A stretch of 29,898 nt of DNA, taken from assembly GCA_050015075.1 (NCBI GenBank), contig JBEKCB010000041.1, forward strand, positions 1 to 29,898, in the 5' to 3' direction. The notes under the pieces are model-generated. The model saw nothing but the letters and a program-made list of their open reading frames with translations. It did not search any database and was not told the origin of the DNA. The position numbers were made by a program, and so were the translations under genes. Shown in pieces: positions 1 through 7,054 of this stretch (within the stretch, counting starts at the first letter, position 1; each line of letters starts with the position of its first letter). This DNA is from Candidatus Brocadiia bacterium. Lineage in GTDB: Bacteria; Planctomycetota; Brocadiia; CAIUPP01.

Positions 1-167
1 AAGACGGTAAACACTGCGCACTGACAAAGACAACGGAAAGGGAAACCACGGAAGACACGAAGCACACGGAAGACGGTAAACACTGCGCACTGACAAAGAC
101 AACGGAAAGGGAAACCACGGAAGACGGTGCACAAGGGAAACCACAGAATCCACTGAGCACACTGAAA
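1..167 (+). repeat. Left arm array of 9-nt-period CAC repeats, including a 69-bp-period direct duplication
   Basis: Bases 1-56 are repeated exactly at 70-125. AAACCACGGAAGACACGAAGCACACGGAA (43-71) has CACG at 47/56/65. AAACCACAGAATCCACTGAGCACACTGAAA (138-167) has CAC at 142/151/160. Confidence 0.9.
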
Positions 168-551
168 AGCGCAACGACCTTCCTGGTTTTCGAACAGGAA
201 AGCTACAGAATCCTCGGCGCCTGCTTCGAAGTGTACAAGGACAAAGGGTGCGGATTTCTGGAAGGCGTTTATCAGGACTGCCTCTCCATTGAATTCCGCT
301 TGCAGAACATTCCCTATGTGGTACAGCCGCCGCTTCGCCTGACGTACAAGGGAGAATCACTGGCCCACGTGTACGTGCCCGACTTCGTCTGCTTTGAAAA
401 GATCGTCGTGGAGCTCAAAGCCACCGCAAAGCTCGCCGATGATCATCGCGCGCAACTGCACAATTACCTGAAAGCCAGCGGCATAAAACTCGGCCTTCTG
501 GTCAATTTTGGCCACTATCCCGGACTTGAACACGAGCGAATCGTTCGCTAA
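3..551 (+). CDS. GxxExxY family protein (PD-(D/E)xK nuclease-like fold); true start probably upstream of the window
   Basis: Motifs GFLEGVY (GxxExxY), YVPDFVCFEKIVVELK (PD...ExK), QLHNYL and GLLVNFG. The family-typical N-terminal segment ESYRILGACFEVY begins upstream of the ORF-track GTG at 231. The frame is open back to base 3 with no ATG/GTG/TTG before 231. Confidence 0.9.
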   Translation, partial: DGKHCALTKTTERETTEDTKHTEDGKHCALTKTTERETTEDGAQGKPQNPLSTLKSATTFLVFEQESYRILGACFEVYKDKGCGFLEGVYQDCLSIEFRLQNIPYVVQPPLRLTYKGESLAHVYVPDFVCFEKIVVELKATAKLADDHRAQLHNYLKASGIKLGLLVNFGHYPGLEHERIVR

Positions 552-555
552 AGAC

Positions 556-650
556 TTTCGCGTTCCGCTGCGCCGTGGGTTCCGTGGTCTCGACATTCCG
601 TGTATTTCGTGTGATCCGTGGTTTCGATATGCCGTATGGTCCGTGGTGTC
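556..650 (-). repeat. Right arm array, inverted relative to the left arm
   Basis: The reverse complement of 596-624 (AAACCACGGATCACACGAAATACACGGAA) matches 43-71 at 25/29 positions. Further degenerate copies have CGTG at 574/583 and CGT at 633/642. Confidence 0.85.
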
Positions 651-656
651 GGAGTC

Positions 657-1385
657 ATGTGGAATAACAAGAAAGTCAGCGTGATCTTCCCGACGTACAA
701 CGAGAAGGACTCCATCCGCGCCGCGATCGAGGAGGTGCTCTCGACCGGGTTCGTGGACGAGGTGCTCGTCGTCAACAACAACGCCGCGGCCGGCACCAGC
801 GCTGAGGTGGCCAGAACGCCGGCGCGCGAGGTCCTCGAACCGCGGCAGGGATACGGCCAGGCGATCCGGACCGGGCTGCGCCAGGCGGCCGGCGACTACC
901 TCATCGTCTCCGAGCCGGACGGCACGTTCCGCGGGCAGGACGTGGTGAAGCTGCTGGCGTACGCCGACAATTTCGACTACGTCCTCGGCACGCGCACCAC
1001 GCGCGAGTTGATCTGGCAAGGCGCGAACATGGGCATCTTCCTCAAATGGGGAAACTGGGCGGTGGCGAAGATGGCCGAGTTCCTCTTCAACGCCACGATC
1101 CTCACCGACTGCGGCTGCACGCTGCGGCTGATCGCGCGGCCCGCGTACGAGAAACTGCGGCCGTATTTCACGCGGACGAAGAACGACTTCGGCCTGGAGC
1201 TGACGCTGCTCGTCATCCGGCACAAAGTGCCGTTCGTCGAGATCCCCGTCCACTATCGCCGGCGCGTCGGCGTCAGCAGCGTCACCGGCAGCCCGGTGAA
1301 GGCGTTCAGGCTGGGCATGCGGATGATCTGGATGATCCTCAAATTCCGCATGGGCCTGATGGGCAAAAAGCCGGCGGGCGGGTGA
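657..1385 (+). CDS. Family 2 glycosyltransferase (polyprenol-phosphate glycosyltransferase-like)
   Basis: VSVIFPTYNE, VLVVNNN, GYGQAIRTG, an EPD variant of DxD, VLGTR, LTDCGC and EIPVHYRRRVG. ATG at 657 was chosen because it follows GGAG (651-654). Confidence 0.9.
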   Translation: MWNNKKVSVIFPTYNEKDSIRAAIEEVLSTGFVDEVLVVNNNAAAGTSAEVARTPAREVLEPRQGYGQAIRTGLRQAAGDYLIVSEPDGTFRGQDVVKLLAYADNFDYVLGTRTTRELIWQGANMGIFLKWGNWAVAKMAEFLFNATILTDCGCTLRLIARPAYEKLRPYFTRTKNDFGLELTLLVIRHKVPFVEIPVHYRRRVGVSSVTGSPVKAFRLGMRMIWMILKFRMGLMGKKPAGG

Positions 1386-1396
1386 GTGATCGTCCG

Positions 1397-1687
1397 CTAC
1401 AATCTGTCCGTCCAATATCCGGGCGCCCGGTGCAAATGGGCCACCGCGACGACGAGGATTTCGGAATCAAGAACCTGGTAGACCACGCCATAGGGAAAGC
1501 GGCGCGTCTGGCATCTGCGGGTGTTGTCCGTGTACGAAGGCCACGCGGCTGGATACTGCCGGATGAGGTCGAGTGTGTTGAGAATCTCCAGGAGAAATCG
1601 CTCCCCTAAGCCAGGAGACTCCGCACTGTAGTACTCGATGGCATCGTCAAGCTCTCGTTGCGCCGTCGTCAGAAATCGGATGTCCAT
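1397..1687 (-). CDS. Type II toxin, RelE/ParE superfamily
   Basis: 96 aa: AQRELDDAIEYY...LGERF...RRFPYGVVY...VVAVAHLHRAPGYW. The ATG overlaps the antitoxin stop (TGATG). Confidence 0.9.
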   Translation of the reverse strand: MDIRFLTTAQRELDDAIEYYSAESPGLGERFLLEILNTLDLIRQYPAAWPSYTDNTRRCQTRRFPYGVVYQVLDSEILVVAVAHLHRAPGYWTDRL

Positions 1688-1905
1688 CACTTGTGGTATT
1701 TCGCGAGGACCTGTTCAAGTGGAACAGCGCGCAGGTTCCCGGCTCGGTATGCTGCGAGGCGATCCTCGACCTCTTTCCGCCACAAGGCATCTATCGCCTC
1801 ATCCGGTTTGTCGAGGCTCGAGAGGAGTTTGTCCACGAGACGGGCTTTATCCACGGCAGAGAGTTTCAAGGCGCGATCAAGAATGTCCTGTGCTTCCGCA
1901 CTCAC
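1687..1905 (-). CDS. Addiction module antitoxin (TIGR02574-like)
   Basis: ALKLSAVDKARLVDKLLSSLD...DALWRKEVEDRLAAYRAG...VPLEQV. The GTG at 1905 is preceded by GGAGGTG, and the gene lies directly upstream of the toxin. Confidence 0.88.
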   Translation of the reverse strand: MSAEAQDILDRALKLSAVDKARLVDKLLSSLDKPDEAIDALWRKEVEDRLAAYRAGNLRAVPLEQVLAKYHK

Positions 1906-1981
1906 AGGTTCACCTCCCATCCCACAAGCCCCTACGAGCGCACATTCCCGCCGCATCGGGCAGCAGCTTGCGTCAACCCCG

Positions 1982-2010
1982 ATTGTACGTCAGGCCGGTC
2001 TTCATATCAA
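1982..2010 (-). promoter_or_regulatory. Sigma-70-type promoter of the toxin-antitoxin operon
   Basis: Minus strand TTGATA-17 nt-TACAAT, about 75 bp upstream of the antitoxin start. Confidence 0.7.
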
Positions 2011-2080
2011 GCGGGGCGCCGAAGCGGCCTATCGTCCATCCTCTTATTTCTCTTGTGCCTCTTCGCGGCAAAATTCGTTT

Positions 2081-3319
2081 TCAGCCGATGGATTCCCCGA
2101 CGAGATATCCCGTCGAGAACGCCGCCTGCAGGTTGTAACCGCCGGAGGGGCCGGCGAGGTCGAGGACTTCGCCGGCGAAGAAGAGGTTCTTCAGCAGGCG
2201 CGATTCCATCCGCTTCGGGTCCACTTCGCTCAGCGGCACGCCGCCGCCGGTGACGATGGCTTCCTCGATCGGGCGGTGCCCGCGGACGCGCAGTTCAAGG
2301 TGCTTGACGAGGCGGACGATCCGCTTGCGGTCGGACTTCGAGCACTGGGACATTTTCTTGCGCGGGTCAACCTCGGCCAGTTGCAGCAGTTGCGCGGCGC
2401 TGCGCTCGGCGATCCAGCCGGCCAGCACGGTGGAAATCTGCTTCTTCCCTTCCTTCTTGATCGCGTGCAGCAGCCGCTCGTCGAGCGATTCGGCGGTATC
2501 CGCCGGGCGCAGGTCCAGCTCGAGCGTGACCGCGCCGCCTTTCCTGAGCGCGAGGACGACTGCGCCGCTGATGTCGAGGATCGCCGGGCCGGAGATTCCG
2601 TAATGAGTCCAGAGCGCCTCGCCGAAGTTCTCGGCGAGCTTGCGGCCGTCGTGCCGGGCGATGACGGAGACGTTCTTGATCGGCGTGCCCTGGATGTTCC
2701 TCGGCCAGGATTCGGCAGTCTCGAACGCAATAATGGCGGGATACGGCTCCACAATGGAATGGCCGGCCTGGCGGGCGAGCGCGTAGCCGTCGCCGGTGCA
2801 GCCGGTGCCGGGATAGCTCAAGCCGCCGGTGGCGATCAGCACGGCGGAGGAATCGAGTGCGGAATGGGCGGCCGCGGACACGCCGCGGAGATTTCCCTGC
2901 TCGATCCGGAGCGATTCTACGCGCTGGTTGAGGCGGACTTCGACTCCGCCGGCTAGCAGGGCGGCGCGGAGGGCGTCGAGAACCGTGGCGGCCTGCTGCG
3001 ACTCGGGGAAGATGCGGCCTTTGCGCTCGGCGACGGTCCGCACGCCGCTGTTGTGGAGCCAATCGAGCAGCTCGGCGTTGCCGAACCGGGTCATCGCGTC
3101 GCGCAGGAACCCGCCCTGCCGGCCGAACGCGTCCAGGAATTCCGGCAGCGGCGCGGAGTTGGTCACGTTGCAGCGCCCGCCGGCGGTGATGAGCAGCTTG
3201 CGTCCGAGCGACGGGCCGCGTTCGAGGAGCAGGACGCGGCGGCCTCGCTCGCCTGCGCGCGCGGCGGCCATCATGCCGGCCGGCCCGCCGCCGATCACGA
3301 GGAGATCGTAGTCGCTCAC
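2081..3319 (-). CDS. HI0933/YhiN(BaiN)-family NAD(P)/FAD-dependent oxidoreductase
   Basis: VIGGGPAGMMAA, GRKLLITAGGRCNVTN, GRIFP, ATGGLSYPGTGCTGDGY, THYGISGP, VTGGGV and GEVLDLAGPSGGYNLQAAFSTG. The start was reset to GTG 3319 because the longer ORF merely reads through intergenic repeats. Confidence 0.93.
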   Translation of the reverse strand: MSDYDLLVIGGGPAGMMAAARAGERGRRVLLLERGPSLGRKLLITAGGRCNVTNSAPLPEFLDAFGRQGGFLRDAMTRFGNAELLDWLHNSGVRTVAERKGRIFPESQQAATVLDALRAALLAGGVEVRLNQRVESLRIEQGNLRGVSAAAHSALDSSAVLIATGGLSYPGTGCTGDGYALARQAGHSIVEPYPAIIAFETAESWPRNIQGTPIKNVSVIARHDGRKLAENFGEALWTHYGISGPAILDISGAVVLALRKGGAVTLELDLRPADTAESLDERLLHAIKKEGKKQISTVLAGWIAERSAAQLLQLAEVDPRKKMSQCSKSDRKRIVRLVKHLELRVRGHRPIEEAIVTGGGVPLSEVDPKRMESRLLKNLFFAGEVLDLAGPSGGYNLQAAFSTGYLVGESIG

Positions 3320-3496
3320 CTGCGCCTTGCTCCCAAGAAAATGCGCGCTGGGCGCATTTTCTATTGATGCACCAGCCGCGCAGCCGTCGGCGCGGCTAAT
3401 GTGCTCCGGACGAGACGATGGACGGCCGACGATGCAGTTCGGCGGAGTCTTCCCCACGAACCGTCCGTCGCCGGCCGTCCTGAACCGCCGCTCAGT

Positions 3497-3643
3497 GCGG
3501 CTGTTGAAAGAGGCGCCTGAGGCCAACGCCGGCGCGCATCTCCACTCCGTCATTCCCGCGCAAGCGGGAATCCAGCGTTTCGGAGCGCGGGCCTGGATTC
3601 CCGCCTTCGCGGGAATGACAGGGAGCATTTTTTCAACCGCCGC
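3497..3643. mobile_element. MITE-like element with (G/C)GTTGAAA-type terminal inverted repeats enclosing a palindromic repeat
   Basis: GCGGCTGTTGAAA (3497-3509) and TTTCAACCGCCGC (3631-3643) form a 12/13 inverted match. TCAGT occurs on both flanks. Confidence 0.55.
3549..3619. repeat. REP-like doublet of ATTCCC-N8-GGGAAT (dRS3-like) palindromes
   Basis: GTCATTCCCGCGCAAGCGGGAATCCAG...CTGGATTCCCGCCTTCGCGGGAATGAC: two units in inverted orientation, each matching ATTCCC-N8-GGGAAT. Confidence 0.88.
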
Positions 3644-4102
3644 TCAGTCTACCTTAATATGGATGGACTTCTGCCTGGCTTCCTCGGTCTTGGGCAACTC
3701 GATTTGCAGCACGCCGTTCTTGAACGAGGCTTTGACCTGGTCGGCCTTCACCGTCGCCGGTAGGCGCACGGAGCGTTCGAAGCTGCCGTAGTGCCGCTCG
3801 ACGCGATGGTAGCTCTTGGTCTTTTCCTCTTTCTCCTCCTTCTTCTCGCCCTTGATCGTCAGGAGATCGCCGCGGAGAGCTACGTCGAGATCCTTCGCTT
3901 CGAGTCCCGGCAGGTCCGCCTTCACGATGACGGAGGTCTCCGTCTCGGGCACGTCGAGGGCCGGCCTCCATTCGCCGATTCCCTTGAAGGGCTCGACGAA
4001 AAAGTCGCGCGCGAAGAAATCGTCAAACAGCCGGTTCATCTCGCGTTGGAGCGACGCAGCCGGGCGCTCAACGTCTTGTCTCTTCGCAGGTAGCAGTGCC
4101 AT
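3644..4102 (-). CDS. Small heat shock protein, Hsp20/alpha-crystallin family
   Basis: LQREMNRLFDDFF, PALDV, KADLPG, LTIKGEK, ERHYGSFERSVRLP and ASFKNGVLQIELPK. Strong AAAGGAGGTG ribosome-binding site. Confidence 0.96.
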   Translation of the reverse strand: MALLPAKRQDVERPAASLQREMNRLFDDFFARDFFVEPFKGIGEWRPALDVPETETSVIVKADLPGLEAKDLDVALRGDLLTIKGEKKEEKEEKTKSYHRVERHYGSFERSVRLPATVKADQVKASFKNGVLQIELPKTEEARQKSIHIKVD

Positions 4103-4159
4103 GGCTCATCACCTCCTTTCATTTCGCCCTTGCTTCGAGGAATCTCCCCGCAAGTCATA

Positions 4160-4176
4160 AGCAACGGCCGTGCCAA
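4160..4176 (-). promoter_or_regulatory. Sigma-54 (-24/-12) promoter of hsp20
   Basis: Minus strand TTGGCACGGCCGTTGCT matches the consensus TGGCAC-N5-TTGCW, about 58 bp upstream of the ATG. An AT-rich patch lies at ~4211-4236. Confidence 0.85.
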
Positions 4177-4276
4177 TGATTCAGGCGGCGCCCGCAGCGC
4201 GCGGCGCGTTCTAAGCTACATATATTATAAGGATTTCGTGGCTGCCGATGCGAAGGGAGGAGCATGCCGGGTGAAC

Positions 4277-4305
4277 GCGTCCTGCCATTTTGACAGGCAG
4301 GACGC
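4277..4305. promoter_or_regulatory. Palindrome, candidate upstream activator site for the sigma-54 promoter
   Basis: GCGTCCTGCC/GGCAGGACGC is a perfect 10-bp inverted repeat. It overlaps the near-palindrome CCTGCCA-TTT-TGACAGG about 100-130 bp upstream of the -24 element. Confidence 0.4.
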
Positions 4306-4431
4306 TTTTCAAGCCGAAACCCGCGCTTCTGCGAATGGCGTGCGCTCCTTCATGCCTGCGCCTGTCCCTACATTAACATAGGCCCGTGCAATTCGCAGGG
4401 ATTACTGAGGAAAAGGGCCGTTCTGTGTGCC

Positions 4432-4460
4432 TTGCATTTCGGCCGCGGTTTTGATAATAT
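4432..4460 (+). promoter_or_regulatory. Sigma-70-type promoter of the dksA-like gene
   Basis: TTGCAT-17 nt-TAATAT, with TG at the extended -10 position. Confidence 0.55.
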
Positions 4461-4532
4461 CGAGTTTCTCAATGTCTCTCGTTTTTCGCCGATGATAGCA
4501 GCAAGCGTGAAAAGGTTCGCGGGAGGTTGACT

Positions 4533-4940
4533 TTGACGACGCCGAAAAACAAGCTTAACCCCAAAGAGAAGCAGGACTTGCGCTCCGCCCTGCTGAGCCG
4601 GCGGGCGGTGCTGATGGGCGATGTCAGCAATATGCACGACAGCGCGCTGAGCAAGTCCGGGGCCGTCGCGTCCGGCGATCTTTCGACCGTGCCTTATCAC
4701 ATGGCCGACGTGGGCACAGACAATTTCGAGCACGAGTTCACCCTCGGCCTGATCGAGAACGAGGAAGAGGAACTGCGCGAGATTGACGCCGCGCTCGAGC
4801 GCCTGGAAAAGGGCACCTTCGGACTGTGCGACCGCTGCAAGGAGCCGATCCCCAGGTCCCGGCTCAAGATCATCCCCTACGCCAAGCTCTGCATCGAGTG
4901 TAAGCGCGGCGAAGAGCACGAGCCGCCCGCCGCCACCTAG
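4533..4940 (+). CDS. dksA: TraR/DksA family C4 zinc-finger transcription factor
   Basis: Coiled coil with an HMADVGTD tip, LREIDAALERLEKGTFGLCDRC...RLKIIPYAKLCIECK. The TTG at 4533 lies 6 nt after GGAGG. Confidence 0.88.
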   Translation: MTTPKNKLNPKEKQDLRSALLSRRAVLMGDVSNMHDSALSKSGAVASGDLSTVPYHMADVGTDNFEHEFTLGLIENEEEELREIDAALERLEKGTFGLCDRCKEPIPRSRLKIIPYAKLCIECKRGEEHEPPAAT

Positions 4941-5082
4941 TGTTTAGTTGCGTGAATTGGCGTACCAATTCACGCAACTAAACACGGCCCAACGGAACGT
5001 ATAACTCGGCATAACGACGCGGCTTATTGCGGTCATGCTTCCTTGCGGAAATAGGACGCCTATTTCCGCAAGGAAGCACTAG
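4937..5082. mobile_element. CTAG-bounded MITE-like element with two long perfect hairpins
   Basis: CTAG at both ends (4937-4940, 5079-5082). Perfect 21-bp stem 4940-4960/4965-4985 and perfect 20-bp stem 5036-5055/5059-5078. The two ends are imperfect inverted copies of each other. Confidence 0.7.
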
Positions 5083-5097
5083 GCTGGGAATCCACTG

Positions 5098-5613
5098 ATG
5101 GCCGCCGCACCCAGACTGAACGGCAAGGCGGTGACCGCCGCGATTTTCATCTGCACTGCGGCCGGCGTGATTGCCGGCGACCTGCTGACCAAATGGCTGG
5201 CATTCCACGCCGACAACCTTTTCCCGCCGCACGTCATCATTCCGAACCTCCTCGATCTCAGCCGCAGCGAGAACCGCGGCGGCGTCTTCGGCGTCGGGCA
5301 AGGGCAAGTCGCGTTCTTCATTCTGTTCACCATGGTGGCGGCGGCGGCGATCCTCTGGGCGGCGCGGAAGTACGGCCGGACGAGCCGCCGGCTGACGTTC
5401 GCGCTCGGCTGTGTGTTCGGCGGGGCGATGGGCAACCTCTGGGACCGGCTGGCGCTCGGCTATGTGCGCGACTTCATAGATGCACACCTCGGCCCGCATC
5501 ACTGGCCGACGTTCAACATCGCCGACTCGGCCATCTGCATCGGCGCTGCAATCCTGGTCATCCACTCCTTCTTAACTCCCGACGCGCGGCGCGAAACCTC
5601 TCGTCCGAAATAG
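5098..5613 (+). CDS. lspA: Lipoprotein signal peptidase (signal peptidase II)
   Basis: DLLTK, NRGGVFG, GGAMGNLWDR, VRDF and WPTFNIADSAI; hydrophobic transmembrane segments. Confidence 0.96.
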   Translation: MAAAPRLNGKAVTAAIFICTAAGVIAGDLLTKWLAFHADNLFPPHVIIPNLLDLSRSENRGGVFGVGQGQVAFFILFTMVAAAAILWAARKYGRTSRRLTFALGCVFGGAMGNLWDRLALGYVRDFIDAHLGPHHWPTFNIADSAICIGAAILVIHSFLTPDARRETSRPK

Positions 5614-5638
5614 TCCGGCTTGAGCGGATGCAGGGCAC

Positions 5639-7054
5639 ATGGCGGCGACCCGAATCGTGCTGAAAGAGATGGACCCGCCGCCGTCGCCGGAGCGCGCGTT
5701 CGAGCTGCTCGCGCGCGACGACCGGCCGTTCTTCCTCGACACCGGGCTGCGCCTGCCGGGCTTCGGGCGGTTCAGCCTGCTCGGCAGCCGACCGTTCCTA
5801 GTCCTCGAGTCGAAGGGAACCCGGCTCACCCTGTGCGGCAGCGGAAAGTTCGAGACGCACGAGGGCAACCCGTTCCATTTCCTGAAGAAGGCCATCGAGT
5901 CTTACAAGCTGCCGGCCCACCCGTCGGTGCCGTTCGTCGGAGGCGCGGTGGGATACCTGGGATACGATCTCTGTCATTTCGTCGAGCGGCTGCCGGCGAC
6001 CGCCGCGGACGACCTGCGCGTGCCGGACATGGCGATGGCGTTCTACGACACGGCGCTGGTGGTGGACCATCAGACCCGGCGGGCGTGGATCGCGGCCGCC
6101 GACCTCGGAGTGCCGGGCCGGCCGGACGCGGAACACAGGGCCGCGGAGATGTTCGAGCGGCTTTCCTCCGACACGCCCGCCGCCCGGCCTGCCGCTCGCG
6201 GATCGCTTGACCGCGAAAACGCGGCTCCGGAGATCGCGTGCAATTTCACGCGAGCCGATTATCTTCGCGCGATCCATCGTGCGAAGGACTACATCGCCGC
6301 GGGCGACATCTTCCAGGTGAACCTCTCGCGCCGGTTCGAGGCGCGGATCTCCGTCTCCGCGCCCGAACTCTATCTGCGGCTGCGCCGGATCAATCCCGCG
6401 CCGATGGCGGCGTACCTGGGCGGCGGCGATTTCGCCGTCGTCAGCGCCTCGCCGGAGCGGTTCCTGCGCGTGCGCCGGGGCCGCGTGGAGACGCGCCCGA
6501 TCAAGGGCACGCGGCCGCGCGGCCGCACGCCGGACGAGGACGCGGCGCTCGCGCAGGAACTGCTCCGCAGCGAGAAGGATGCCGCCGAGCTGGCCATGAT
6601 CGTGGACCTCGAGCGCAACGACCTGGGCCGCGTCTGCTCCTACGGCACCGTCCGCGTGACCCGGCCGAGGGCGCTGGAGTCCTTTCCCACCGTCCACCAC
6701 CTGGTCGCCACGGTCGTCGGCCGGCTCCACGCCGGGTGCGACCGGACGGAGCTGCTGAAGGCGACCTTCCCGGGCGGCTCGATCACCGGCGCGCCGAAAA
6801 TCCGCGCGATGCAGATCATTGACGAACTCGAGCCCACGCGCCGCTCGATCTACACCGGCGCGATCGGATACCTCGGCTTCGACGGCGGCATGGACCTGAA
6901 CATCGCCATCCGCACGTTCCTTGTCCAGGGCGGCCGCGCCTGGTTCCAGGCCGGCGGCGGCATCGTCGCCGACTCTCAGCCCGAGAGTGAATACGACGAG
7001 ACCGCTCAAAAGGCGCGCGCGCTGATCGAGGCGGTCGCAGGCGGCGCGGCCTAG
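5639..7054 (+). CDS. pabB: Aminodeoxychorismate synthase component I (chorismate-binding MST family)
   Basis: GDIFQVNLS, SPERF, PIKGT (PabB-type Lys rather than TrpE PIAGT), IVDLERNDLG, FPGGSITGAPK and GGGIVADS. Confidence 0.9.
   Translation: MAATRIVLKEMDPPPSPERAFELLARDDRPFFLDTGLRLPGFGRFSLLGSRPFLVLESKGTRLTLCGSGKFETHEGNPFHFLKKAIESYKLPAHPSVPFVGGAVGYLGYDLCHFVERLPATAADDLRVPDMAMAFYDTALVVDHQTRRAWIAAADLGVPGRPDAEHRAAEMFERLSSDTPAARPAARGSLDRENAAPEIACNFTRADYLRAIHRAKDYIAAGDIFQVNLSRRFEARISVSAPELYLRLRRINPAPMAAYLGGGDFAVVSASPERFLRVRRGRVETRPIKGTRPRGRTPDEDAALAQELLRSEKDAAELAMIVDLERNDLGRVCSYGTVRVTRPRALESFPTVHHLVATVVGRLHAGCDRTELLKATFPGGSITGAPKIRAMQIIDELEPTRRSIYTGAIGYLGFDGGMDLNIAIRTFLVQGGRAWFQAGGGIVADSQPESEYDETAQKARALIEAVAGGAA

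Noticed and set aside
1-167. Possible CRISPR array
   Set aside because: Only one exact duplication plus short phased motifs; no constant repeat with unique spacers and no cas genes.
3320-3628. 103-aa N-terminal extension of the HI0933 protein in the ORF track
   Set aside because: It is a translation of the palindromic repeat (VIPAKAGIQ...WIPACAGMT) and leader hairpins. Family homology starts at the GTG at 3319, which has its own ribosome-binding site.
4277-4309. Hairpin plus TTTT as an intrinsic terminator
   Set aside because: It lies between divergent promoters with no supported plus-strand gene ending upstream. It is kept only as a candidate activator site.
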